DNA of 32,177 nt from Pseudomonadota bacterium (GTDB lineage: Bacteria; Bdellovibrionota_B; Oligoflexia; Oligoflexales; RGVZ01): assembly GCA_026390495.1 (NCBI GenBank), contig JAPLFV010000308.1, positions 22,332 through 54,508 of the forward strand, given 5' to 3'. The notes under the pieces are model-generated. The model ran no database searches, was not told the origin of the DNA, and saw only the letters and a list, made by a program, of their open reading frames with translations. Of this stretch, positions 9,422 to 18,711 are shown one piece after another. Position 1 is the first letter of the stretch; each line of letters starts with the position of its first letter. A program made the position numbers and the translations under genes.

Positions 9422-10148
9422 TTTCCTTTATCCAATGAACGAGTTCTGTAGGGTAATTGGTACAGTGACCATCAACGTCAAACGATTGAAGCATGGTCCA
9501 AACATTTTCCTTGATATGGTCTTCTCCAATCATCGGGGCCCAAGTATAGACCTTCCAGTCTCTAGCTTTAGCTTGATCCATGAAATTTTCCGTAATCATA
9601 TCAAATCTGGGATGGATGATTTGGGCGTTTACATCGTTCATGAAGATCACAGGAGCCCGATGCCCAAGGTAGGGCCAATGAAGTTCATCATCGCCAATCA
9701 GGCAGGCTCTTTTGATGTCGGGACCGCCATCTCGAAAATATATAAGTGGATTTGGAAAAAAACTCGAGACGACAATGCGGTCTCTCAGAGGGTGGTTCTT
9801 AATCAATTTAAGGGTTGCTTTGGAAGAATCAACCTCAGACCCCTTTATTTCAATATTAAGCTCGATGTTGGGCAAATATTTCTCTACGACGTCTTCTAAA
9901 AATGGAACTGGTTCACCATTTTTTAGTTTGATTTTCTTCATTTCGGATTTGTCCAAATCCGAACAAAACAAATTTAACCCAGTCGTGTGGAGTAAATGAT
10001 CGTCGTGATTAATGACAGGATAACCATCACGAGTTAACTGAACATCTAACTCGATTCTTTTTGCCCCACATTTGACAGAGGCGTCAAATGCCGAGAAACT
10101 ATTTTCTAATTTTTCCTTGTTGTTTCCTCGGTGAGCGATCACCAACAT
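9375..10148 (-). CDS. Glycerophosphodiester phosphodiesterase (UgpQ/GlpQ family)
   Basis: IAHRG, LENSFSAF, IELDVQLTRDG.PVINHD, LNIEIK, VVSSF, VDGHCTNYP. Start set at ATG 10148 (MLVIAHRG). Confidence 0.92.
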   Translation of the reverse strand: MLVIAHRGNNKEKLENSFSAFDASVKCGAKRIELDVQLTRDGYPVINHDDHLLHTTGLNLFCSDLDKSEMKKIKLKNGEPVPFLEDVVEKYLPNIELNIEIKGSEVDSSKATLKLIKNHPLRDRIVVSSFFPNPLIYFRDGGPDIKRACLIGDDELHWPYLGHRAPVIFMNDVNAQIIHPRFDMITENFMDQAKARDWKVYTWAPMIGEDHIKENVWTMLQSFDVDGHCTNYPTELVHWIKENADYEERIQKLGTKS

Positions 10149-10291
10149 AGAGTTTCTCCATAAAACTTGGGTAAGTCTTGCCCATTGGAATAGACATAAC
10201 CACAAGTGTACACTGAACAGTGTCAGTTACTCCAGCATTTTGACCTTTGATGAAGTGATTTTGTAAGAGTGATTTTACTCCAGGAGGTTTC

Positions 10292-11044
10292 ATGAACAGT
10301 AGGCAAATAAATAGTGGTTTCGTTGGACTTGTATGCTGCCTCATGTCTAGTTTTGCACCTACGGTTGCACACGGTGCTCCAAAAAAGGCAAGTTTGGATT
10401 CCTCCATGTCAGGTGGGAGCTCAAAAAATGGAGAGCGTTCTGTGCTCGCTAGTTTGCCAATTGTTGCTGAAGGAGCCCAATTGAGACTTCATTTGGAATA
10501 CAATATTGCAAATACTTTGGGTTTGGCTGTTGAAGGCGGCATCCTTGGAGAGACTGAGCTTCTTGATCGTGAACAAGTAGATGAAATGGGCAACACTCTC
10601 AAAACTAAAGGTGTGCAAGGTGCTCTTCTGTTTAGTCGATACAGCCAACCTTCTCGTATGGGTGGGTTTTTTTGGACACTTGGTGGTGGATATAGACAGT
10701 ATACGGCCGAGTGGAAAAAGAAGCCTTTGGCTAATGCGCAAGATATGAGATTGGAATCGTCAGATGCTGATGGCTATTTACATCATAGAATGCGTGGTCA
10801 AGGTACCTTTGGTGTAGGAAGAGTTGGATATAGGTACGTCGCGGATGAATGGCCTCTTTCAATAGGCGGGCATTTTGGTCTTCGGCATATGACAAGCAAG
10901 TTGAAGGACTTGGAAGTAGAGCAAGAAGAGCAGGCAGAGCTGAATCTTGAATATTCTCCGACAACTTCGGAAGAAAAACGATTGGTTAATCACAAGATGA
11001 TGACAACACCTGATGTTAGTATCGAACTAGGTCTTATTTTTTAG
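10292..11044 (+). CDS. Secreted protein, probable small outer-membrane beta-barrel
   Basis: AGGAGG RBS, signal peptide (AHG/A), amphipathic strands (LRLHLEYNI, FFWTLGGGYRQY, VGRVGYRY, IGGHFGLR), C-terminal ELGLIF typical of OMPs. Confidence 0.6.
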   Translation: MNSRQINSGFVGLVCCLMSSFAPTVAHGAPKKASLDSSMSGGSSKNGERSVLASLPIVAEGAQLRLHLEYNIANTLGLAVEGGILGETELLDREQVDEMGNTLKTKGVQGALLFSRYSQPSRMGGFFWTLGGGYRQYTAEWKKKPLANAQDMRLESSDADGYLHHRMRGQGTFGVGRVGYRYVADEWPLSIGGHFGLRHMTSKLKDLEVEQEEQAELNLEYSPTTSEEKRLVNHKMMTTPDVSIELGLIF

Positions 11045-11060
11045 TGGATTTTTAGGCTAT

Positions 11061-11221
11061 CGTCATCCCGAAGCGAAGCGATGGATCTTGTTTCATTTAT
11101 GAGATGCTTCACTTCGTTCAGCATGACGTGAAGTGCAGGGCAGATGCTTCACGTCGTTCAGTATGACGTGAAGTGCAGGACAGATGCTTCACTTCGTTAA
11201 GGATGACGTAAATGGCAGGAT
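11061..11221. repeat. CGTC-tagged REP-like palindromic element with 3 x 40-bp tandem copies of the inverted arm
   Basis: Left arm CGTCATCCCGAAGCGAAGCGATGGATCT (11061-11088), then units starting at 11102, 11142 and 11182 (AGATGCTTCAC[T/G]TCGTT..G.ATGACGT.AA..GCAGG). Their first 27 nt are an imperfect reverse complement of the left arm. Confidence 0.85.
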
Positions 11222-11282
11222 TGCTCCTTACTTTTTTTCTTGGAAAACTGCGTTGGTTTTGCCCCTCTCTAACCGAGTCCTT

Positions 11283-11369
11283 AGAAAAAACTAAAAGAAC
11301 CTTCGTTCCTAAGAGACTGCTTTTGCAGGTAATCTCTAAAATGAATTCGAAGGTTCTTTTGTTTTTCTT
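11283..11369. other. Long imperfect hairpin between convergent genes
   Basis: Perfect 13-bp inverted repeat AAAAGAACCTTCG (11293-11305) / CGAAGGTTCTTTT (11348-11360), with inner pairs TTC/GAA, AGAGA/TCTCT and an apical CTGC-TTTT-GCAG. Confidence 0.7.
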
Positions 11370-11431
11370 TCCCAACTTTTGCGCTTCTCTAACTTCTCTG
11401 TTTTTCTACTTTTTGTTTCTCTAAGTTTTTT

Positions 11432-12688
11432 TTATGGTGCGTAGTAGTAATCCACTTTTATCTGACTTCCATTTGGTGGAACTTTTCCTGTGGTGAATTT
11501 TATCGACCTAGTTCCCGATGAGTAGGTCCAATCAAAGTTTCTAACGCCACTAACATAAACTTTAATGCTGGTATCGTAGGCCGCGTGGGCAAGTACTATC
11601 TGTGCAGATTGAGCTGTCATGTCTTGGCCGATGCGTGCTAGGGAATTGGACCAGTTTGTATCACATATACTTTGAACGATACCTCCAGTTTTCCTTGCGG
11701 CTGCGACGTATTGGCTGCCTTCTTCTCGTGGACTAGAGTGGGGAGCAGAGCACATAGTGCCGTTAGCATTTTTAGTACCAGTAATAGTGGATATCGAATA
11801 ATTCCCTGCACCTTTGGCTTGAGAAAGATAGGAAATCAAATTGTCTTCTGTATATCGAACACTCGTTAAACCTTCAGCCACGTAGTTTCGACCTGAGTAA
11901 GTATCAGTTTTACCTAAGCCGATACCATCATCTTCTTCGTCGCTGACGACAATGATTGCTAAGAAAGCATTGTTACGAATCAACCCTTCATTTTGGCCTT
12001 GTAAAGATTTGCTTACAGCCATTTCTGCAGCCTTAAGACCATGCTCATATCCACTACCATTCGTTCCAACGTCTGTATAACTAGTAAATCTAGTAAGGAC
12101 ATCTGACATAGATGGCTTTAGCACTTTCTTCCCAGTACTTCCCACGAGGCTTCCTCGTAGTCGAGTAGCAGTAGAGCCATCAAGAGTAGGGCAATACCTT
12201 TCATTTGCAGGAAGCAAAGCAGGATTTGTATTGGAACAGATATCGGTACTTGTGACGCCTGTTTGAAAGTTGATTCCACTGGCAATTAGATTTGACATGA
12301 ATGCACTAAAATTTTGTCCTAAGTATGATTGCTCTTCCGACATGGATCCAGATGAATCGACTATCCAAAGAACATCGACATTGCTTTGTGCATTGATGGT
12401 TGAAGTCTGGCTTGCCAAGAGTAAGTTATCAAAGTTTTCGCTATCATCTGAAGCAGAGTCCTTATCGGAATCGTCTTCACATTGCTCAGACTCATCGCTC
12501 ACATGGTCGTCTCCAACTTTGTCTTCGTCTGCGTTCGGTGTTTCATCCTTTAAAAGATCATCGGCCTTTCCAATTTCATTTTCGTTAAATGATGGATCCT
12601 CGCTACAACCAACAACAAGCGCAGATAAAAGAGCGACTGAAAAGATCTGACTGCGGCTAAATAGTTTGATGCGAAGCATGGTTTCCAT
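11432..12688 (-). CDS. vWA-domain lipoprotein
   Basis: Lipobox LVVGC, acidic linker, MIDAS DVLWIVDSSGSMSEEQ, VGTNGSGYEHGL, IIVVSDEED, SICDTNW, and a C-terminal beta domain ending IKVDYY. Start at ATG 12688 (AGGAG RBS). Confidence 0.85.
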   Translation of the reverse strand: METMLRIKLFSRSQIFSVALLSALVVGCSEDPSFNENEIGKADDLLKDETPNADEDKVGDDHVSDESEQCEDDSDKDSASDDSENFDNLLLASQTSTINAQSNVDVLWIVDSSGSMSEEQSYLGQNFSAFMSNLIASGINFQTGVTSTDICSNTNPALLPANERYCPTLDGSTATRLRGSLVGSTGKKVLKPSMSDVLTRFTSYTDVGTNGSGYEHGLKAAEMAVSKSLQGQNEGLIRNNAFLAIIVVSDEEDDGIGLGKTDTYSGRNYVAEGLTSVRYTEDNLISYLSQAKGAGNYSISTITGTKNANGTMCSAPHSSPREEGSQYVAAARKTGGIVQSICDTNWSNSLARIGQDMTAQSAQIVLAHAAYDTSIKVYVSGVRNFDWTYSSGTRSIKFTTGKVPPNGSQIKVDYYYAP

Positions 12689-12874
12689 GGTAAAAACTCC
12701 TCTAAGTGTTGCCACATCTTATGGCAAATTGTGTCCTCCTTGACCTACATAAATGCATTCGGACCCAGAGCCAAGAGCCTAAGAGAATTCAATTATGCCA
12801 ATATTATCAGGATATTAAATAACCGTATTAGAATTATAGTTGGGCTAGGCGAGAGGTGATTTACCTGCCATAAT

Positions 12875-14023
12875 ATGCCACCTATGAAAATTGCAATTGA
12901 TGCCCGAATGATTAGACCAGGAAGCATGCATGGTATCGCAAGATATGTGTACGAATTGTTGCGCGGAATTTCTGGCAGAAACGTTGAGCATAGTTTTTTC
13001 GTACTTGTTAATTCAGGAACCCCGCTAGTTAGCGAAGACTGGTGCTCTAAATTTACGTTTATATATTCCGAATCTAGTTGGATTAGTTTTCGGGAGCAAT
13101 TGGAGTTGCCAAGATTGCTTCGGCAGTATCAAATTGATTTGTTTCATTCGCCATCGTTTGTTGCGCCTCTGATGGTCCCGTGTAAAATGGTGATGACAAT
13201 TCATGACTTGAATCACTTGGTGCTTCCTCAATTCTATACCCCTTTTCACCAACTGTATTACAATCTTTTTGTTCGTCGTTGTATCCAGCGGTCTCATTCA
13301 ATTTTAACAGTGAGTCACTTTTCTCGTCGAGAAATTGAAAGAAACTTAGTTTTGGATCCGAACAAAATTTTTGTAACATACAATGGAGTCAGTGATTTTT
13401 ATAAACGCGTTACAGACAAGGAACATCTAGACTACGTGCGCGAGATTTATGAGCTGCCAGAAGATTTCATTTTGTGTGTTTCTAGCAACAAGCCCCATAA
13501 GAATGTTCAAATGCTTGTAAAAGCATACTGCTACTCTGACATAAATATTCCATTGGTACTGGCAAGTCCGGTAGACGCATCACTTTTGCGAATGGCCGAA
13601 GCTTTCAATAAAAAACACTTAATATACTTTAGTAAATTTATTGCAGAGCAGCATCTTCCAGCTATTTATTCCATGACCCGGCTATTTGTGTATCCGTCCA
13701 CTTATGAAGGATTTGGATTGCCCCCTCTGGAGGCAATGTCCTGTGGAGCGCCAGTCGTAGTGGCAAGGTCCTCTTCACTTCCTGAAGTTGTAGGTGATCA
13801 CGCCATATTTGCAAATCCATACGACTATAAGGACGTTGCTCGTGCCCTTGAAGTGGGCGTTTATGACTCGGCGTTTGTCGAATCCTTGATGCGTGGAGTC
13901 GATCAGCACAGACAGAAGTTTTCTTGGGAAAGAATGGTGACTCAAACCATTGCGGTTTACGACAGGTGTTTTGAACCTTCCGAAGCTCCATTGCTTTCGA
14001 ATCGAGTGGAGGCAAATCCATGA
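12875..14023 (+). CDS. Glycosyltransferase family 4 (MtfB/WbaZ-like)
   Basis: [63 protein letters not shown]. Start may be 12884. Confidence 0.93.
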   Translation: MPPMKIAIDARMIRPGSMHGIARYVYELLRGISGRNVEHSFFVLVNSGTPLVSEDWCSKFTFIYSESSWISFREQLELPRLLRQYQIDLFHSPSFVAPLMVPCKMVMTIHDLNHLVLPQFYTPFHQLYYNLFVRRCIQRSHSILTVSHFSRREIERNLVLDPNKIFVTYNGVSDFYKRVTDKEHLDYVREIYELPEDFILCVSSNKPHKNVQMLVKAYCYSDINIPLVLASPVDASLLRMAEAFNKKHLIYFSKFIAEQHLPAIYSMTRLFVYPSTYEGFGLPPLEAMSCGAPVVVARSSSLPEVVGDHAIFANPYDYKDVARALEVGVYDSAFVESLMRGVDQHRQKFSWERMVTQTIAVYDRCFEPSEAPLLSNRVEANP

Positions 14024-15222
14024 GGGTTGGCATCAATGGTAGATTTTTAGTTGCAAAACGCACAGGTGTGCAAAGAGCTGCCTATAATTTGATTAAGACA
14101 ATGGTCGAGTTAGACCGCGAAAACGAGTATTTCATTTTTACGGGAATGGAGCAGATTGGAAGCCCTGATTGGAATTACTCAAATGTAACAGTTGTGGGCG
14201 ATCACTTGCGAAGTTCTGAGAGCTTTCGTAACCATTTATGGGAGCAGTTTAAATTGCCTAGATTGGCGCGAGAATATAAAATTGATATTTTGCATTCTCC
14301 TGCCAATATCGCCCCTTTATTTTATCGTGGTAAATCAATTGTACATATTCATGACTTGTGTTTTGTCGTTAATCCCCAGTGGTACAGTTTTAGTTTTAGA
14401 ACTCTGTACAATTTGATCATTCCTCGCATCGCGAAACGCGCAACAAAAGTCATTACAAACAGTAACAATTCAAAAAATGATTTGTTACAATATTTTGGTT
14501 TGCCAGCGGAAAGAGTTAGCCTTGTTTACTGGGCCGTTGATGAGATATTTTCCGAAACGCGAAACAGTAGTTTTTATAAATCGCAGAATTTTTCTGGTCC
14601 AGCTGACTATATTCTATATGTAGGCTCATTGGAGCCTCGTAAGAATATTAATTTGCTCATTGGCGCATTTGAGGAACTTAGAAGCCAACATCCAGAATTG
14701 AAAACTAAATTGATTTTGATTGGTGGAGAAAGTCCTTTGTTTGCGGCTGTGCGTCTTAAGGCGAAGCGATTTAGAGACGATGTCATATTTAAGGGTTTTG
14801 TCAAAGACGAGGAGTTGAGGGAGTTTTATTGTCGGGCCAAGCTTGTGGCTTATCCAAGTCTATACGAAGGATTTGGATTGCCTCCATTGGAGGCTATGGC
14901 CTCGGGCACACCTGTGGTTACCAGTCGAACGTCTTCGATACCCGAAGTTGTCGCCGATGCTGCAATAATGGTTGATCCGCACGATAGTGGTCAATTGGTG
15001 AGTGCTATGTATAAAGTACTCACTGATAAGGAGTTAAGTGATTCGTTGCGTCGCCGAGGTTTAGAGCAAGTTAAGAAGTTTAATTGGTATAGGGTCGCTC
15101 GCGGTGTACTGGGAGTATATTATGAGGTGCATTTAAGGAAAAACTCGCAACCGCTAACAGTTCACTCATTTATGCCGCAATCAATTTGGGCCAAAATACG
15201 AAAAAGGGAAGCAAAGGTCTAA
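14020..15222 (+). CDS. Glycosyltransferase family 4 (MtfB-like)
   Basis: [52 protein letters not shown]; ATGA coupling to the upstream GT4. Confidence 0.93.
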   Translation: MRVGINGRFLVAKRTGVQRAAYNLIKTMVELDRENEYFIFTGMEQIGSPDWNYSNVTVVGDHLRSSESFRNHLWEQFKLPRLAREYKIDILHSPANIAPLFYRGKSIVHIHDLCFVVNPQWYSFSFRTLYNLIIPRIAKRATKVITNSNNSKNDLLQYFGLPAERVSLVYWAVDEIFSETRNSSFYKSQNFSGPADYILYVGSLEPRKNINLLIGAFEELRSQHPELKTKLILIGGESPLFAAVRLKAKRFRDDVIFKGFVKDEELREFYCRAKLVAYPSLYEGFGLPPLEAMASGTPVVTSRTSSIPEVVADAAIMVDPHDSGQLVSAMYKVLTDKELSDSLRRRGLEQVKKFNWYRVARGVLGVYYEVHLRKNSQPLTVHSFMPQSIWAKIRKREAKV

Positions 15223-15278
15223 CCCCCTCGACCTTTTAAAAATTTTAAATTCTAGCAGCAGGATGGAGTTCGCTAAAT

Positions 15279-16667
15279 ATGAAGAGAAATAAGATTTATG
15301 ATGTTCTGAAAAGTGGCAAGCCAGATGACGTCGTATCCGTTTGTGGATGGGTTCGATCAAGACGCGAGTCTAAAACTTTTGCGTTTCTTGTTTTATCAGA
15401 TGGATCATCCCAAGCGACAATTCAGTGCATTATTGATGGTAACGTTAGTGGTTTTGACCTGATGCCTAAATGCCAAACGGGCGCCAGTGTCCAAGTAGAT
15501 GGAGTACTCAAGCAAAGCCAAGGCAAGGGACAGTCATTGGAAGTTCACGCCTCATCATTGAAACTCTTTGGAGAGGCGCCTGCTGAAACATACCCCCTTC
15601 AAAAGAAGGGTCATACCTTGGAATTTCTACGTGAGATTGCCCATCTTCGTGGACGAACCAATACTTTTGGCGCTGTTTGGAGGGTGAGAAACGCATTAGC
15701 GGCAGGAGTTCATGAATTTTTTCAAAAACGACGATTCGTTTGGGCTCACACACCTATTATCACAGCGAATGATTGTGAAGGCGCTGGCGAAATGTTTAAT
15801 GTGACGACATTTGATTTGAATAAGATTCCTCGCACGCCTTCTGGTGCGATTGATTGGACGCAAGATTTTTTTGGTAAAAACGCACATTTGACGGTCAGTG
15901 GGCAGTTGGAAGGCGAGTTTTTAGCGTTGTCACTTGGTGACATATATACCTTTGGCCCTACATTCCGCGCTGAAAATTCAAATACGACCAGACATTTGGC
16001 CGAATTTTGGATGATTGAACCTGAGATGGCTTTTGCTGATTTAAAAGATGATATGCAGTTGGCAGAAGACTTCGTGCGGTTTTTGTCGGGATGGGTTGTC
16101 AAGCAATGTCCGGATGAGCTGGCATTTCTGTACGATACTTATAAAGGTATGTCTCCTGACGAAATCGTCAAACTCTCCGAGTCTAAATTTGCGCATGTGA
16201 CATATACTGACGCTGTAGATTTGCTGCTAAAGGCGCCTAAAAAGTTTGAGTATCCTGTGAAGTGGGGGACAGATTTGCAGTCTGAGCATGAGCGCTACTT
16301 AACTGACGAGATTTATAAGTCACCAGTCATTGTGACTGATTACCCTAAGGATTTTAAATCATTTTATATGCGTTTAAATGACGACGGTAAGACTGTAGCA
16401 GCCATGGACGTGCTGGCGCCTAGAATCGGAGAGATAATCGGTGGAAGTCAACGAGAGGAGCGCTTGGATTATTTGGAGCGCATGATGGTCGAGAAAAAGA
16501 TCCCTTCACATGATTTGCAGTGGTTCTTAGACTTAAGGCGATATGGCTCAGTCCCCCACGCAGGGTTTGGCTTAGGATTTGAAAGAATTGTTCAATATTT
16601 AAGCGGGATGACAAATATTAGAGATGTGATTCCTTGCCCTCGTTCTCCAAATTCTATTGAGTTTTAG
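15279..16667 (+). CDS. asnS: Asparagine--tRNA ligase
   Basis: GWVRSRR OB fold, [73 protein letters not shown]. Confidence 0.97.
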   Translation: MKRNKIYDVLKSGKPDDVVSVCGWVRSRRESKTFAFLVLSDGSSQATIQCIIDGNVSGFDLMPKCQTGASVQVDGVLKQSQGKGQSLEVHASSLKLFGEAPAETYPLQKKGHTLEFLREIAHLRGRTNTFGAVWRVRNALAAGVHEFFQKRRFVWAHTPIITANDCEGAGEMFNVTTFDLNKIPRTPSGAIDWTQDFFGKNAHLTVSGQLEGEFLALSLGDIYTFGPTFRAENSNTTRHLAEFWMIEPEMAFADLKDDMQLAEDFVRFLSGWVVKQCPDELAFLYDTYKGMSPDEIVKLSESKFAHVTYTDAVDLLLKAPKKFEYPVKWGTDLQSEHERYLTDEIYKSPVIVTDYPKDFKSFYMRLNDDGKTVAAMDVLAPRIGEIIGGSQREERLDYLERMMVEKKIPSHDLQWFLDLRRYGSVPHAGFGLGFERIVQYLSGMTNIRDVIPCPRSPNSIEF

Positions 16668-16757
16668 GGGGCTGTCCACGACGGTGTATGGCAATTGAGC
16701 ACGACTGAAGCCCGTAACAAATGTTTGGAAATTGCCTTATTTGGCCTGTTTTAGATA

Positions 16758-16786
16758 TTGACCGTCCTTTAGGCGTTGTATATAGT
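16758..16786 (+). promoter_or_regulatory. Sigma70 promoter of rplM-rpsI
   Basis: TTGACC-N17-TATAGT, ending 111 nt upstream of the rplM ATG. Confidence 0.75.
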
Positions 16787-16897
16787 GCCGGTTCCTTATC
16801 GCCTTGTCTGTGTTGATTTCTATGTCGAATAAGCCGAGGCGTATATAGTGTATTTCATAGTAAATTTGGGTGCTTAACGGTTCTTGGAGACAATTTT

Positions 16898-17329
16898 ATG
16901 AAGACAGTTAGTGTTAAGCCTGCTGATGTAAAAAAGCAGTGGACCATTGTAGATGCTACAGGCCAAACTTTGGGTCGTTTATCGACAGAAGTTGCCAGAA
17001 TTTTAAGAGGGAAGCACAAAGCTAATTTCGCTCCTCATATCGATGGCGGCGATTTTGTAGTGGTTGTGAATGCTGAGAAAGTTAATATGAGTGGCCTTAA
17101 GCTCTCAAATAAATTTTATTTTCACCATACTGGTTGGATTGGCGGAATTAAAGCCATCTCAGCTCAAGATGTGATCGCATCTAACCCAGAGCGCGTTCTA
17201 ACATCAGCCATCAAAGGTATGCTTCCGAAGTCTAAATTGGGACGCAAAATGAGTAATCATTTGAAAGTTTATTCTGGAACAGATCATCCTCATAAGGCGC
17301 AGAACCCTGTGCCTATGCCAACTCGCTAA
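16898..17329 (+). CDS. rplM: 50S ribosomal protein L13
   Basis: W.IVDATGQTLGRL, LRGKHK..FAPHIDGGDFVVVVNAEKV, KGMLPK..LGR, HPHKAQNP. Confidence 0.98.
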   Translation: MKTVSVKPADVKKQWTIVDATGQTLGRLSTEVARILRGKHKANFAPHIDGGDFVVVVNAEKVNMSGLKLSNKFYFHHTGWIGGIKAISAQDVIASNPERVLTSAIKGMLPKSKLGRKMSNHLKVYSGTDHPHKAQNPVPMPTR

Positions 17330-17341
17330 GGAGAATTATAA

Positions 17342-17743
17342 ATGGCAACTTCGAAATCAAAACCAATCCATGCAGTTGGCAAACGTAAGACAGCTATTGC
17401 ACGTGTTTGGATGAAGCCTGGTAAAGGCGCAATTGTTGTAAATAAGAGAACTATCGACGAGTACTTTCTTCGTCCAACTTCAAAAATGATTGTCCGTCAG
17501 CCTCTTGAGCTTGCTGGAGTCACTGAAGGGTTTGATATAACTGTGAACGTTATCGGCGGTGGATTAACAGGCCAAGCCGGTGCTATCCGTCATGCTTTAA
17601 GTCGTGCGTTGGCAGCGATGAGTCCAGAGAATCGTAAGATTCTAAAGGATGAAGGTCTTGTTTCTCGTGATGCTCGTAAGAAAGAGCGTAAGAAATACGG
17701 TCTTAAATCTGCTCGAAGAAGATTCCAGTTCTCGAAACGTTAA
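17342..17743 (+). CDS. rpsI: 30S ribosomal protein S9
   Basis: [47 protein letters not shown] end. Confidence 0.98.
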   Translation: MATSKSKPIHAVGKRKTAIARVWMKPGKGAIVVNKRTIDEYFLRPTSKMIVRQPLELAGVTEGFDITVNVIGGGLTGQAGAIRHALSRALAAMSPENRKILKDEGLVSRDARKKERKKYGLKSARRRFQFSKR

Positions 17744-17763
17744 TATTTCCGGATTTCAGATTC

Positions 17764-17802
17764 AAAGCCCATTGCTGTCACAAGCAATGGGCTTTTTCTT
17801 TT
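17764..17802 (+). terminator. Rho-independent terminator (probably bidirectional) after rpsI
   Basis: AAAGCCCATTGCT-gtcaca-AGCAATGGGCTTT followed by TTCTTTT. Confidence 0.9.
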
Positions 17803-17873
17803 AACCTAGATCAACACTGAAAAATTGTTGAGGGCCCAATATCTTAGGTAGGGCCATTGTTGTCCAAGCGCGC

Positions 17874-18653
17874 TTAAAGAGGCCCCTTGTATTTGTCTAA
17901 AGGATGAATCATGGGCTCTCGTTTTTGCCTTCGGATAGGACTCATGGCTTTTAGAAGTCTAAAGAGAAAGGGGCCTTTGCGAGGAGTATTCGCCTTTCTT
18001 ATATCCCTTTCTTCCCTTTGATTCGTTTTATCAATCCACACCAGATCCATTGCGGCTGGCTTCCTAAAATTCATGACCTTCCACTGATCAGAGGTCATTT
18101 CCAGGACCTCTACTATTTCTAACCCTCGGGGACGCTTTTGAGGAGATTCAGTTGCACACGGTAGTTCTGGACTCAAGACCTCTTTGACGGGGAAACTTTT
18201 CGAAAGGTGGCTTGGGATATCTCCACAAACGATTAAAAGGTCTGGATTCAACCGAGCCAAAATGAATTCCAAAATCCAATTCAATGGATGGTTATCGGAT
18301 TCATGTGTATCCAATTTTTCTTTGTGTGGATGATCGATTCGCATCAGGAATCTTTGAAAAGTCCCGGAGTCACATTCTAGTAAAACGAGCGACTGGAATT
18401 TCTGACCTTGATCAGATTCACTTTCTAAGATCCATTTCCCAATTTGGAAAATCCCACTTTTATCGTAGGCTCGTCGACTTGAGCGCTTGGGTTTAGCGTC
18501 GTAAAAGGAGAATCTATTCGATTTGCAAATCTGCAGGCATTCTCGTGCAAATTCCTTATGTTGATCCTCCCAGTAGTCCTCATGAACCCATTTGAAAGGC
18601 TTGCAAGAAATCGATGTTGCAGCTTTGCCTATGATTGATGCTATACTATCCAT
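17874..18653 (-). CDS. Hypothetical protein
   Basis: 259-aa ORF filling the gap between the rpsI terminator and the bactofilin gene; no family recognised. Confidence 0.6.
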   Translation of the reverse strand: MDSIASIIGKAATSISCKPFKWVHEDYWEDQHKEFARECLQICKSNRFSFYDAKPKRSSRRAYDKSGIFQIGKWILESESDQGQKFQSLVLLECDSGTFQRFLMRIDHPHKEKLDTHESDNHPLNWILEFILARLNPDLLIVCGDIPSHLSKSFPVKEVLSPELPCATESPQKRPRGLEIVEVLEMTSDQWKVMNFRKPAAMDLVWIDKTNQREERDIRKANTPRKGPFLFRLLKAMSPIRRQKREPMIHPLDKYKGPL

Positions 18654-18711
18654 AGAAATAGCTTATCACATTTGTCGCATTTATATTCGAGAGAACCATC
18701 AGGGAGGACTT

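Noticed and set aside
9279-9899. 206-aa plus-strand ORF, and other shadow ORFs (e.g. 3609..3980, 13662..14063, 22515..22880, 24059..24511)
   Set aside because: Antisense to well-supported genes and without recognisable motifs.
11102-11221. Possible mini-CRISPR array
   Set aside because: The linkers are only 13 nt and nearly identical, there is an inverted partner arm, and no cas genes are present; a REP/tandem repeat fits better.
11118-11424. ORFs 11118..11375 (-) and 11212..11424 (+)
   Set aside because: They run through the repeat, hairpin and low-complexity tract, and have no RBS or protein-like features.
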